From Candidatus Moranella endobia PCIT (lineage in GTDB: Bacteria; Pseudomonadota; Gammaproteobacteria; Enterobacterales; Enterobacteriaceae), in the NCBI RefSeq assembly GCF_000219175.1, contig NC_015735.1, positions 1 through 32,000 on the forward strand: a stretch of 32,000 nt of DNA. The letters are read 5' to 3'. Shown here piece after piece: positions 1 through 12,447 of this stretch. Each line of letters starts with the position of its first letter. Position 1 is the first letter of the stretch. Under the pieces are notes generated by a model that did not search any database, was not told the DNA's origin, and was given only the letters and a program-made list of their open reading frames with translations. The position numbers were made by a program, and so were the translations under genes.

Positions 1-1800
1 ATGAAGAATATACGTAATTTTTCCATTATTGCCCATATCAACCACGGTAAATCGACGCTAGCAGATCGTTTAATACAGACTTGCGGCGGTGTTAGCGAAC
101 ATCAAATTGCGGCACAGATGCTGGATTCTATGGAGCTTGAGCGTGAACGCGGGATTACTATTAAAGCACAAAGCGTGACGCTGTATTATAAGGCGTCTGA
201 CGGTAATATTTATCAGCTTAATTTCATCGATACCCCAGGGCATGTGGACTTTTCCTATGAAGTATCCCGTTCACTGGCGGCGTGCGAAGGGGCGCTGCTA
301 GTAGTTGATGCTGGACAAGGGGTAGAGGCCCAGACGTTAGCAAACTGCTATAAAGCCATGGAAATGGATTTAGAAGTAGTGACAGTGCTGAATAAAATAG
401 ATCTGCCTACTGTTGAACCAGATCGTGTTGCGCAAGAAATTGAAGATATCATCGGACTTGATGCTACCAACGCGGTACGTTGTTCGGCGAAAACCGGTGT
501 TGGAGTATATGAGTTGCTAGAACGACTGATAAAAGATATACCCCCCCCGTCGGGGGATCCTGCTGCACCGCTGCAGGCACTGATTATCGACTCCTGGTTT
601 GATAATTATTTGGGTGTGGTATCGCTGGTGTGTATCAAACATGGCACCCTTTGCAAAGGCGATAAAATTAAGGTAATGAGTACTGGTCAACTATACAACG
701 CTGATCGGCTGGGTATTTTCGTGCCGAAACGGATCGAAAGAAATTTTCTTAATTGTGGTGAAGTAGGTTGGCTGGTCTGTACCATGAAAGATATTAACGG
801 TGCACCTGTAGGAGACACTATGACGCTTGCGCGTCAGCCGGCTAAAGAAGCACTACCAGGCTTTAAAAAAGTCAAACCACAGGTGTATGCAGGTATGTTT
901 CCCGTTAGATCTGACTCTTATGAGGAGTTTCGCGATGCTCTCGGCAAACTAAGCTTGAATGATGCTTCGCTATTCTATGAGCCAGAACACTCTACCGTTT
1001 TGGGTTTTGGTTTCCGCTGCGGCTTTCTAGGACTGCTGCATATGGAAATCATACAGGAACGGCTAGAACGTGAATATAATCTTGAGCTGATCACTACAGC
1101 TCCTACGGTAATTTATGAGGTATTAACCACCGACGATCACACAATATACGTAGATAGCCCCTCAAAGCTACCACCACTGAATAAGATTGCAGAACTACGC
1201 GAGCCAGTTGCTGCATGCCATATTTTGCTGCCGCAGGTGTATTTGGGTAAGGTCATAAAACTATGTATTGAAAAGCGCGGGGTGCAGACCACGATAATTT
1301 ATCACGGCAAGCAGGTAGCACTGACCTATGAGATCCCCATGTCAGAAATAGTGCTGGATTTTTTTGATCGGTTGCAATCAGCCTCTAGTGGCTATGCTTC
1401 ACTGGATTATAACTTCAAAAGTTTTAAGCATTCTGACATGGTACGAGTAGATGTGTTGATTAACGGCGAGCGGGTAGATGCTCTAGCATTGATTGCCAAT
1501 CGTGAGCAAGCACCACAGCGCGGTCGAGATTTAGTTGATAAACTTCAGGAACTAATTCCGCGTCAACAGTTTGAAATCGCTATTCAGGCGGCTATTGGTA
1601 ATAATATTATCGCCCGTTCTACCATTAAGCAGTTGCGTAAGAACGTGCTGGCAAAGTGCTATGGCGGTGATGTTAGTCGCAAGAAAAAGCTACTGCAAAA
1701 GCAGAAAAAGGGCAAAAAGCGCATGAAACAAGTAGGGAACGTTGCACTTCCACAGGAAGCATTCTTAGCAATTTTACACATGGGTAAAAAAAGTAAATAA
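1..1800 (+). CDS. lepA: Elongation factor 4 (LepA), complete
   Basis: 599-aa ORF starting at window position 1. Collinear with recalled E. coli LepA from [12 protein letters not shown] to [11 protein letters not shown]. GTPase motifs are present: P-loop [21 protein letters not shown]. Confidence 0.97.
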   Translation: MKNIRNFSIIAHINHGKSTLADRLIQTCGGVSEHQIAAQMLDSMELERERGITIKAQSVTLYYKASDGNIYQLNFIDTPGHVDFSYEVSRSLAACEGALLVVDAGQGVEAQTLANCYKAMEMDLEVVTVLNKIDLPTVEPDRVAQEIEDIIGLDATNAVRCSAKTGVGVYELLERLIKDIPPPSGDPAAPLQALIIDSWFDNYLGVVSLVCIKHGTLCKGDKIKVMSTGQLYNADRLGIFVPKRIERNFLNCGEVGWLVCTMKDINGAPVGDTMTLARQPAKEALPGFKKVKPQVYAGMFPVRSDSYEEFRDALGKLSLNDASLFYEPEHSTVLGFGFRCGFLGLLHMEIIQERLEREYNLELITTAPTVIYEVLTTDDHTIYVDSPSKLPPLNKIAELREPVAACHILLPQVYLGKVIKLCIEKRGVQTTIIYHGKQVALTYEIPMSEIVLDFFDRLQSASSGYASLDYNFKSFKHSDMVRVDVLINGERVDALALIANREQAPQRGRDLVDKLQELIPRQQFEIAIQAAIGNNIIARSTIKQLRKNVLAKCYGGDVSRKKKLLQKQKKGKKRMKQVGNVALPQEAFLAILHMGKKSK

Positions 1801-1815
1801 AATTTAGGAGATTGC

Positions 1816-2778
1816 ATGGCAAATATCTTTGCCCTAATGCTGTCAATAGCGACCCTGATTACAGGAATAATATGGTTTATAATGATAATAAAGCATAAAC
1901 GCCGCCAATTGGCGCAGTATGCTTATCAAAAAAGCACTGACAACATTACTATTACTGCTGCCGTTAAAGATGGCTGGCTAACAACCTACGCTTCCCTTTT
2001 CCCGGTACTGTTATTAGTATTTGTGGTTAGATCATTTATTTTCGAACCTTTTCAAATTCCCTCCGGATCCATGATGCCGACGCTTCTTGTTGGTGATTGT
2101 ATTCTAGTGCAGAAGTTTGCTTATGGCATTAAAGACCCAATAGGTCAGAAAACTATCATTCGAACCAGCCATCCGAAACACGGTGACGTTGTAGTTTTCA
2201 AATACCCGCCTGATCCTAGGTGGAATTATATTAAACGGGTTATAGGGCTACCGGGAGATAGAATTATTTATGATTTTGTCAAAAAAAGCATTACAGTGCA
2301 GCCTAGTTGTGCAAGCAGACAAAACTGCACAATGACATTACCAATTACCTATAGTGCATTTACCCCAAGTAATTTAGTACAAATCTTTCACTCAATAGGT
2401 AACGGTGAAACAAGTAGTAGTTTCCTGCAGGTAACGCTTGATCGCAAAGTGAATATTGGTATTCGACTGGAGCAACGTAACGAATCATTTGGTGGCAAAA
2501 TGCATCAATTACTAACAGTACCTGGGAAAAAAGATCAAATTAGCATTTATTGTCAGCAGCCTGGCAGTTCCCTGGCAGAGTGGGTCGTGCCAAAGGGAGA
2601 ATATTTTATGATGGGCGATAACCGTGATAATAGTTACGATAGCCGATATTGGGGATTCGTACCGGAAAAAAATATTGTTGGCAAAGCAACAGCGATTTGG
2701 ATCAGCTTTGATAAACATGAAGGCAAGAAGTGGCCCACCGGATTGCGCTTAAGCCGTATTGGAAGCAGTATTAGTTAA
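1816..2778 (+). CDS. lepB: Signal peptidase I
   Basis: ORF starts 15 nt after the lepA stop, the conserved lepA-lepB order. N-terminal hydrophobic segments. Catalytic Ser box IPSGSMMPTL, Lys box YIKRVIGLPGD, and box E GDNRDNSYDSRYWGFV. Confidence 0.95.
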   Translation: MANIFALMLSIATLITGIIWFIMIIKHKRRQLAQYAYQKSTDNITITAAVKDGWLTTYASLFPVLLLVFVVRSFIFEPFQIPSGSMMPTLLVGDCILVQKFAYGIKDPIGQKTIIRTSHPKHGDVVVFKYPPDPRWNYIKRVIGLPGDRIIYDFVKKSITVQPSCASRQNCTMTLPITYSAFTPSNLVQIFHSIGNGETSSSFLQVTLDRKVNIGIRLEQRNESFGGKMHQLLTVPGKKDQISIYCQQPGSSLAEWVVPKGEYFMMGDNRDNSYDSRYWGFVPEKNIVGKATAIWISFDKHEGKKWPTGLRLSRIGSSIS

Positions 2779-2865
2779 TGCTTTGCGCATATTTGTTATC
2801 TCTGTAATATCCTTAATGTGGTGTAAATTAAAGTTTTTACGCATGATTTATCTTGTTGGTAACGC

Positions 2866-3555
2866 ATGAATAATGTCTATTTAATAAATAGGTTTCAGCA
2901 GAAACTGGGCTATAATTTTAATAATTACGATCTTTTGCTACAGGCGTTAACGCACCGCAGCGCCAGCAGCAAACATAATGAACGACTGGAATTTTTAGGC
3001 GATTCTATATTGAGTTATGTCATTGCTAAGTCGCTTTATGAGATGTTCCCGCTTGTTGATGAAGGTGACATGAGTCGTATACGTGCTACGTTAGTACGCG
3101 GCAATACACTTGCAGAAATGGCACGGGAGTTAGAACTCAGTAGATGTTTGATTCTAGGCCATGGAGAGCTAAAAAGCGGAGGTATTAACCGTGAATCCAT
3201 TTTAGCCGATGCATTAGAAGCGTTAATTGGTAGCATATTTTTGGACAGCAATATTCAAACGGTCGACCATCTAATCCTGAAATGGTACCGCACACGTTTA
3301 GCTAAAATTAATCCCCGCGAGCAGCAAAAAGATCCAAAAACCAAGTTACAGGAATATCTTCAAAGACGCCATTTGCCACTGCCAAACTATTTATTGGTCC
3401 AAGTATGTGGAGAGTCACACGATCAGGAATTTACTATACAGTGCCAAGTAAGCGAGCTGATGCAACCAGCAGTAGGCAGTGGTTCTAACCGGAGAAAAGC
3501 CGAGCAAGATGCAGCAGCACAAGCACTTAAACTATTGGAATTGGAGCTTACATGA
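2866..3555 (+). CDS. rnc: Ribonuclease III
   Basis: RNase III signature [14 protein letters not shown]-terminal dsRNA-binding domain ending [16 protein letters not shown] stop overlaps the era ATG (ATGA) as in E. coli. Confidence 0.95.
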   Translation: MNNVYLINRFQQKLGYNFNNYDLLLQALTHRSASSKHNERLEFLGDSILSYVIAKSLYEMFPLVDEGDMSRIRATLVRGNTLAEMARELELSRCLILGHGELKSGGINRESILADALEALIGSIFLDSNIQTVDHLILKWYRTRLAKINPREQQKDPKTKLQEYLQRRHLPLPNYLLVQVCGESHDQEFTIQCQVSELMQPAVGSGSNRRKAEQDAAAQALKLLELELT

Positions 3556-4457
3556 TCGAAAAGATAACTACTTATTGTGGTTTTGTAGCGATTGTAGGCC
3601 GGCCGAATGTAGGTAAATCAACGTTAATTAATCAATTGTTAGGGCAGAAAGTATCTATTACCTCTTGTAAACCGCAAACTACCCGTCACCCCATTAGAGG
3701 AATACAAACTAAGTGGCCTTACCAGGCTATTTATATAGATACTCCAGGACTAATGCAGATTAAAGAAAATCGTTTGATAAATAGAGTAATGAATCGTGTT
3801 GCCATCAATTCCCTCCACGATGTTGCAGTGATACTGTTTGTTGTTGAAGGTACTAACTGGACAAGAGATGATAAAATAGTTGTAAATAGACTACGTAATG
3901 TTAACAGCCGAGTTATACTGGTTATCAATAAAATTGATAAAATATATTGCAAGAAAAAATTATTACCCCATATCAAGTTTCTTAATCATCAGATGACCTT
4001 CCATGAAATTATACCTATTTGCGCAGAAAACGGTATGAATGTCAATTATCTAGCTAATAGCGTACATGAAGTACTACCAGCAAATGAGCATAATTTTCTA
4101 GAAGATCATATTACTGATCGCTCACAACGCTTCATAGCATCTGAAATTATTCGCGAAAAAATAATGCGTTTTTTGGGCGATGAACTACCATATTCTGTAG
4201 CAATAGAAATACAAAGTTTCAACAAACATAATCGTGGTTATTATGATATTCATGCTTTTATTGTGGTAGAGCGTGATAGCCAGAAGAAAATAGTTATTGG
4301 TCATAAAGGAAATAAAATTAAAATGATCGGTATCAAGGCGAGGAAAGAAATGGAAACAATGTTCGAGGTAATAGTTCATCTGCAGTTATGGGTAAAAGTA
4401 AAAGCTGGCTGGGCCGATGATGCATATGCTCTACACAAACTAGGCTATATTAATTAA
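3552..4457 (+). CDS. era: GTPase Era
   Basis: P-loop [20 protein letters not shown]-domain C-terminus ([12 protein letters not shown]). Conserved rnc-era order. Confidence 0.95.
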   Translation: MIEKITTYCGFVAIVGRPNVGKSTLINQLLGQKVSITSCKPQTTRHPIRGIQTKWPYQAIYIDTPGLMQIKENRLINRVMNRVAINSLHDVAVILFVVEGTNWTRDDKIVVNRLRNVNSRVILVINKIDKIYCKKKLLPHIKFLNHQMTFHEIIPICAENGMNVNYLANSVHEVLPANEHNFLEDHITDRSQRFIASEIIREKIMRFLGDELPYSVAIEIQSFNKHNRGYYDIHAFIVVERDSQKKIVIGHKGNKIKMIGIKARKEMETMFEVIVHLQLWVKVKAGWADDAYALHKLGYIN

Positions 4458-4463
4458 TCCTTT

Positions 4464-4571
4464 ATGCATGAGTTAAATATTGGTCATGCCATTATTAGTC
4501 GTGCTGTGCTTAGCGGCTTAGAAGAAGCAGTAAAAGATATGAAACGCCTTATACATGAAGCATGCTGCTGA
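4464..4571 (+). pseudogene. pdxJ: 3'-terminal relic of pdxJ (35 codons plus stop); recO and the first ~85% of pdxJ are deleted
   Basis: Hand translation gives [35 protein letters not shown]. Recalled E. coli PdxJ C-terminus is ...[37 protein letters not shown], about 24/35 identical. It lies 6 nt after the era stop. Its TGA overlaps the acpS ATG by 1 nt. Confidence 0.7.
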
Positions 4572-4951
4572 TGGCGATTGTTGGTATTGGTACCGATATC
4601 GTCGAGCTGGAGCGAATGGAGGCGGTAGTTTCCCGCACAGGTGCTAAAATAGCACGTCGGATACTCAGTCAAAATGAATTACTGCAATATCAACAGCATA
4701 ATAAGCCGGTACGATTTCTTGCTAAACGTTTTGCTGTAAAAGAAGCAGTGTCGAAGGCCTTTGGCACCGGTATTCGTAACGGGCTTACTTTTTCACAGGT
4801 TGAGGTCTGCAACGATGCCATGGGAAAACCTTCATTGCAATTGATTGCTCAAGCTGCTGAATTAGCTAGCAGGTTAAAAATTACCAGAATGCATGTAACA
4901 TTAGCTGATGAGCGGTATTACGTCTACGCCATGGTAATTTTTGAACAATAG
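4571..4951 (+). CDS. acpS: Holo-[acyl-carrier-protein] synthase
   Basis: The ORF track starts at 4562. The ATG at 4571 gives [19 protein letters not shown]..., which aligns with the E. coli AcpS N-terminus MAILGLGTDIVEI and yields 126 aa. Conserved [18 protein letters not shown] and HVTLADER. Confidence 0.9.
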   Translation: MAIVGIGTDIVELERMEAVVSRTGAKIARRILSQNELLQYQQHNKPVRFLAKRFAVKEAVSKAFGTGIRNGLTFSQVEVCNDAMGKPSLQLIAQAAELASRLKITRMHVTLADERYYVYAMVIFEQ

Positions 4952-4993
4952 AGAACTATAATAACTATAGATCTATAATTTAGATTCAAAGCA

Positions 4994-5070
4994 TGGCGGT
5001 GCGGACGGGATTTGAACCCGCGACCCCCGACGTGACAGGCCGGTATTCTAACCAACTGAACTACCGCACC
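4994..5070 (-). tRNA. tRNA-Asp (GUC), CCA encoded; distal gene of the rRNA operon
   Basis: Reverse complement is GGTGCGGTAGTTCAGTTGGTTAGAATACCGGCCTGTCACGTCGGGGGTCGCGGGTTCAAATCCCGTCCGCACCGCCA. Cloverleaf with anticodon loop CTGTCAC. Very close to recalled E. coli tRNA-Asp. Confidence 0.95.
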
Positions 5071-5094
5071 ACTAAACTAAATTATCTATCTTAG

Positions 5095-5214
5095 TTGCCT
5101 GGCAGTTCCCTACTCTCGCATGGGGAAACCCCACACTACCATCGGCACTACGGCGTTTCACTTCTGAGTTCGGCATGGGGTCAGGTGGTACCACCGCGCT
5201 AATGCCGCCAGGCA
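5095..5214 (-). rRNA. rrf: 5S rRNA
   Basis: Reverse complement starts TGCCTGGCGGCATTAGCGCGGTGGTACCACCTGACCCCATGCCGAACTCAGAAGTGAAACGCCGTAGTGCCGATGGTAGTGTGGGG. Collinear with E. coli 5S. Confidence 0.95.
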
Positions 5215-5290
5215 AATTCTTTTGCTTTTGCTACAATCAGCATCATGAATAATCCAGAACATACTTCTCCAAGTTGTCAATTGCGCTCTC

Positions 5291-5308
5291 AAACAGCTTA
5301 GGTGTTGT
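5291..5308 (-). other. 3' half of the 23S processing (RNase III) stem; pairs with 8226-8244
   Basis: aaacagcttaggtgttgt is imperfectly complementary (one mismatch, one bulge) to tcacaaccctgagctgttt at 8226-8244. The two segments directly flank the mature 23S ends. A further match: ccaagttgtcaa (about 5270-5281) against ttgagaacttgg (8260-8271), 11/12. Confidence 0.65.
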
Positions 5309-8225
<2,917 letters not shown>

Positions 8226-8244
8226 TCACAACCCTGAGCTGTTT
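8226..8244 (-). other. 5' half of the 23S processing stem; pairs with 5291-5308
   Basis: See the 5291-5308 entry. Complementarity was read directly from the sequence. Confidence 0.65.
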
Positions 8245-8266
8245 GTCTTTTTTTCAGGTTTGAGAA

Positions 8267-8301
8267 CTTGGTTCTTGGTTATTGGATCGACTTGGATCGA
8301 C
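8267..8301. repeat. Two adjacent tandem duplications in the 23S/tRNA-Ala spacer: cttggtt x2 then ttggatcgac x2
   Basis: cttggtt at 8267-8273 and 8274-8280. ttggatcgac at 8282-8291 and 8292-8301. All copies are exact. Confidence 0.9.
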
Positions 8302-8486
8302 ATTGATAAATAAATATGCGCATAGCATACGCATACTAAGTTTTTACCTCATGTCTAGTTTATTCCAGATTGTTAAAGAACAAAATACTTACAAAATATT
8401 ACATTTTTATGCTAATGCTAAGCTAAACTAGTAGCTGTTGATAACAGCCCATTTATTAGTGCCTTAAGTAGCGTCCCCTAGAGTTG

Positions 8487-8559
8487 TGGAGCTAAGCGGG
8501 ATCGAACCGCTGACTTCCTGCTTGCAAAACAGGTGCTCTACCAACTGAGCTATAGCCCC
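8487..8559 (-). tRNA. tRNA-Ala (UGC), spacer tRNA; 3' CCA not encoded (CAA follows the discriminator)
   Basis: Reverse complement is GGGGCTATAGCTCAGTTGGTAGAGCACCTGTTTTGCAAGCAGGAAGTCAGCGGTTCGATCCCGCTTAGCTCCA. G3:U70 is retained. The downstream sequence reads CAACT instead of CCA. Confidence 0.93.
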
Positions 8560-8593
8560 AAAGCCTAAATAATAATTACCTAACTAGCTATAT

Positions 8594-8667
8594 TAGGCCT
8601 GAGTGGAATTGAACCACCTACCTTACCCTTATCAGGGGTACGCTCTAACCAACTGAGCTACAGGCCT
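8594..8667 (-). tRNA. tRNA-Ile (GAU), spacer tRNA; 3' CCA not encoded (ATA follows the discriminator)
   Basis: Reverse complement is AGGCCTGTAGCTCAGTTGGTTAGAGCGTACCCCTGATAAGGGTAAGGTAGGTGGTTCAATTCCACTCAGGCCTA. Close to recalled E. coli ileT. Confidence 0.93.
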
Positions 8668-8692
8668 AGTAATTTGTTACTAGTAATAATTA

Positions 8693-8709
8693 TCAGACAA
8701 TCTGTGTAG
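8693..8709 (-). other. 3' half of the 16S processing (RNase III) stem; pairs with 10365-10381
   Basis: tcagacaatctgtgtag is the exact reverse complement of ctacacagattgtctga at 10365-10381. This is a 17-bp perfect duplex bracketing the 16S gene. Confidence 0.8.
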
Positions 8710-8735
8710 ACACATCACACAACATATCTTTTTGG

Positions 8736-10278
<1,543 letters not shown>

Positions 10279-10364
10279 AAAATTGTCTACTTAAATAACG
10301 AAAACTAAAATAGAAATTTTCGCTTTAACAGAACTACCTTGTATTAATATAGTTCTGTGAGTGC

Positions 10365-10381
10365 CTACACAGATTGTCTGA
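10365..10381 (-). other. 5' half of the 16S processing stem; pairs with 8693-8709
   Basis: Exact 17-nt complementarity, as in the 8693-8709 entry. Confidence 0.8.
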
Positions 10382-10386
10382 CAAAT

Positions 10387-10399
10387 TTTTTAAAGAGCA
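10387..10399 (-). promoter_or_regulatory. rrn leader boxA antitermination element
   Basis: The minus strand reads TGCTCTTTAAAAA against the rrn boxA consensus TGCTCTTTAACAA (12/13). It lies just upstream of the 16S processing stem, as in E. coli rrn leaders. Confidence 0.6.
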
Positions 10400-10411
10400 T
10401 AATACTATTGA

Positions 10412-10440
10412 ATAGTAAAATAGCTTTTTGTAAAAAGCAA
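10412..10440 (-). promoter_or_regulatory. Candidate rrn promoter (TTGCTT-N17-TACTAT)
   Basis: Minus-strand hexamers were read by eye. The region is so AT-rich that several alternatives exist further upstream, e.g. TTGCTT-N16-AATAAT near 10553-10580. This one is also very close to boxA. Confidence 0.3.
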
Positions 10441-10660
10441 TATATATTTAGTATTTAACGTACAAAATTATTATCTGTTTAATTTAAAATCTACTCTATT
10501 AAAATTTATTAAAAATAATAATAGTTTTAGCAAATTCAAAAAATATATAAAAGTATTATTACTATTTTAAGCAATTAAGCAATAATTTTAAATTAATTTA
10601 ACTAAACTGAATTACAAAATGCAGTAAAATAACAATATAAAATCTATAAATTAAATAGAT

Positions 10661-10769
10661 GGAAGCACAGTCATTATTGCACCAAAATTACTTACTACGG
10701 CTGCTTCCTTCCAGATCTGACCGGATTTATAAGATATTATTTGTTGCTCTTGTAATGAGCTATGCCTCC
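10661..10769 (-). ncRNA. ffs: 4.5S RNA (SRP RNA)
   Basis: Minus strand reads GGAGGCATAGCTCATTACAAGAGCAACAAATAATATCTTATAAATCCGGTCAGATCTGGAAGGAAGCAGCCGTAGTAAGTAATTTTGGTGCAATAATGACTGTGCTTCC. It contains the domain IV core GGTCAGATCTGGAAGGAAGCAGCC (E. coli GGTCAGGTCCGGAAGGAAGCAGCC) with the GGAA tetraloop. The termini pair (GGAGGCA / TGCTTCC). Length is about 109 nt against 114 in E. coli. A small AT hairpin plus T-run follows at about 10637-10660. Confidence 0.75.
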
Positions 10770-10774
10770 AAATT

Positions 10775-10802
10775 TATTTAAATTGAAAATAAGTATTGTT
10801 AA
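10775..10802 (-). promoter_or_regulatory. Candidate ffs promoter (TTAACA-N16-TAAATA), -10 element 5 nt upstream of the predicted 5' G
   Basis: Hexamers read on the minus strand. The position relative to the predicted mature 5' end is appropriate. The AT-rich context lowers specificity. Confidence 0.35.
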
Positions 10803-10958
10803 TGATTGCAAAAAAAATACAAAAAATAAATGATATTATAATCTAACTAATTATTTTACTAAATTAAAAATAATAGCACTGAATGATATTCAAAAAAATG
10901 AAAATATGCAATAAAATTTGAAAATAAAATATAGATGGTATCTAAAATAAAGAAAATT

Positions 10959-12335
10959 TTACTTACCAATGCAAAAAGTAGAAAAAATTTTTTTAATTAA
11001 ATTATCAGAACTAAATTCACCAGTAATTTCACTAAGTGCCTGTTGCGCTAGACGTAAATCTTCCGCTAATAGTTCAATTTCATTTGCATAATAGTTAGTT
11101 AATTTTAACTTACATTGACCTAAATATTTAGCAGCAGTTTCTAGTGCATCCAAATGACGTCGTCGAGCTAAAAAAATTCCCTCTGTACTACTAGTAAAGC
11201 CTATTATTTTATGTAAATAGGTAAGCAAAAAATCTACACCTAAATTTATCTTAGCAGATATGGTAATTATCGGATAACCTTTAATTTCGCTAATACAAAT
11301 TTTTTCGCCAGTAATATCTGCTTTATTTCGTATTATTGTAATTGGAATATTAGTTGGCAAACAATCAATTATTGACCAATATATATATTGGTCAATAATT
11401 GGTGTAGGTGTAGTAGTACTATCAATTATTAATAACACATGATCAGCTTTTTCTATTTCAAACCTGGCACGCTCAATACCGATTTTTTCTACTTCGTCAA
11501 AAGAATGACCTAAACCTGCAGTATCAGTAATATGAAGTGGCATGCCATCTAAAAAATAAATATGTTCACGCAATACATCACGTGTGGTACCAGCAATTGG
11601 AGTAACAATAGCTACATCATTACCAACAAGAGCATTTAGTAAGCTTGATTTACCGGCATTAGGCTTACCAGCAATCACTACTTTCATGCCTTCGCGTAAT
11701 AAACAACCATAATTAGCGTTATTTTGTATACTATCAATTCTAGTAATTAGGTTATTTATCCTAGATTCAATTTTAATTTTCGAAAAAAGATCAATTTTTT
11801 CCTCAGAAAAATCAATAGTTGATTCGATATCAACGCGTAGATTAGTTAATAATTCTACTAATTCATTAATTCGTTCGGAAAAAATCCCTTGCAAAGAATT
11901 GATTGCAGCACGAGCAGCCTGAATAGAACTAGCGTCTATTAAATCAGCTATAGCTTCTGCTTGAATAAGATCCAATTTATTATTAAGAAAAGCTCGCTCT
12001 AAAAACTCTCCTGGGCGGGCAATGCGCAAACCTGATAGTGATATTATCTGTTGTAACAATAAATCTAAGATAACTGGACCACCATGACCTTGTAGTTCTA
12101 ATATATCTTCTCCTGTAAAGGAATCAGGAGAAGAGAAAAATAAAGCAATACCTTGATCTAAAATCAAGCCATCTTTGTTGCGAAAAGGTAGATATTCTGC
12201 TTGTCGTTTTTTCGGTATTTTACCTAATATTACGTATGCAACTTTAGTAACAAGTGGACCAGAGATACGAATAATGCCTATGCCGCCGTGACCGCGAGGA
12301 GTAGCAATAGCAGCAATAGTATCATTATTTTTCAA
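10959..12335 (-). CDS. mnmE: tRNA modification GTPase MnmE (TrmE)
   Basis: 458-aa ORF. N-terminal [20 protein letters not shown]-domain [14 protein letters not shown] and DTAG. C-terminal FCIGK motif. Confidence 0.95.
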   Translation of the reverse strand: MKNNDTIAAIATPRGHGGIGIIRISGPLVTKVAYVILGKIPKKRQAEYLPFRNKDGLILDQGIALFFSSPDSFTGEDILELQGHGGPVILDLLLQQIISLSGLRIARPGEFLERAFLNNKLDLIQAEAIADLIDASSIQAARAAINSLQGIFSERINELVELLTNLRVDIESTIDFSEEKIDLFSKIKIESRINNLITRIDSIQNNANYGCLLREGMKVVIAGKPNAGKSSLLNALVGNDVAIVTPIAGTTRDVLREHIYFLDGMPLHITDTAGLGHSFDEVEKIGIERARFEIEKADHVLLIIDSTTTPTPIIDQYIYWSIIDCLPTNIPITIIRNKADITGEKICISEIKGYPIITISAKINLGVDFLLTYLHKIIGFTSSTEGIFLARRRHLDALETAAKYLGQCKLKLTNYYANEIELLAEDLRLAQQALSEITGEFSSDNLIKKIFSTFCIGK

Positions 12336-12447
12336 TTAAAAGCTCCATTTACTTAACAAAGAATGTGGTGTGATTCAAAGCTAATTAATATATTCATTAA
12401 GATTATAATAACATAATGCTAGTTTGTTTATGTATAAAGCTATTATT

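Noticed and set aside
541-548. C8 homopolymer inside lepA (encodes PPP of DIPPPSGD)
   Set aside because: The reading frame is intact and the PPP motif is conserved in E. coli LepA. The run is a potential slippage site, but there is no evidence of frameshifting here.
4967-4978. 12-bp palindrome tatagatctata between the convergent acpS and tRNA-Asp
   Set aside because: It would form at most a 4-bp stem. It is probably a chance AT palindrome and not a convincing bidirectional terminator.
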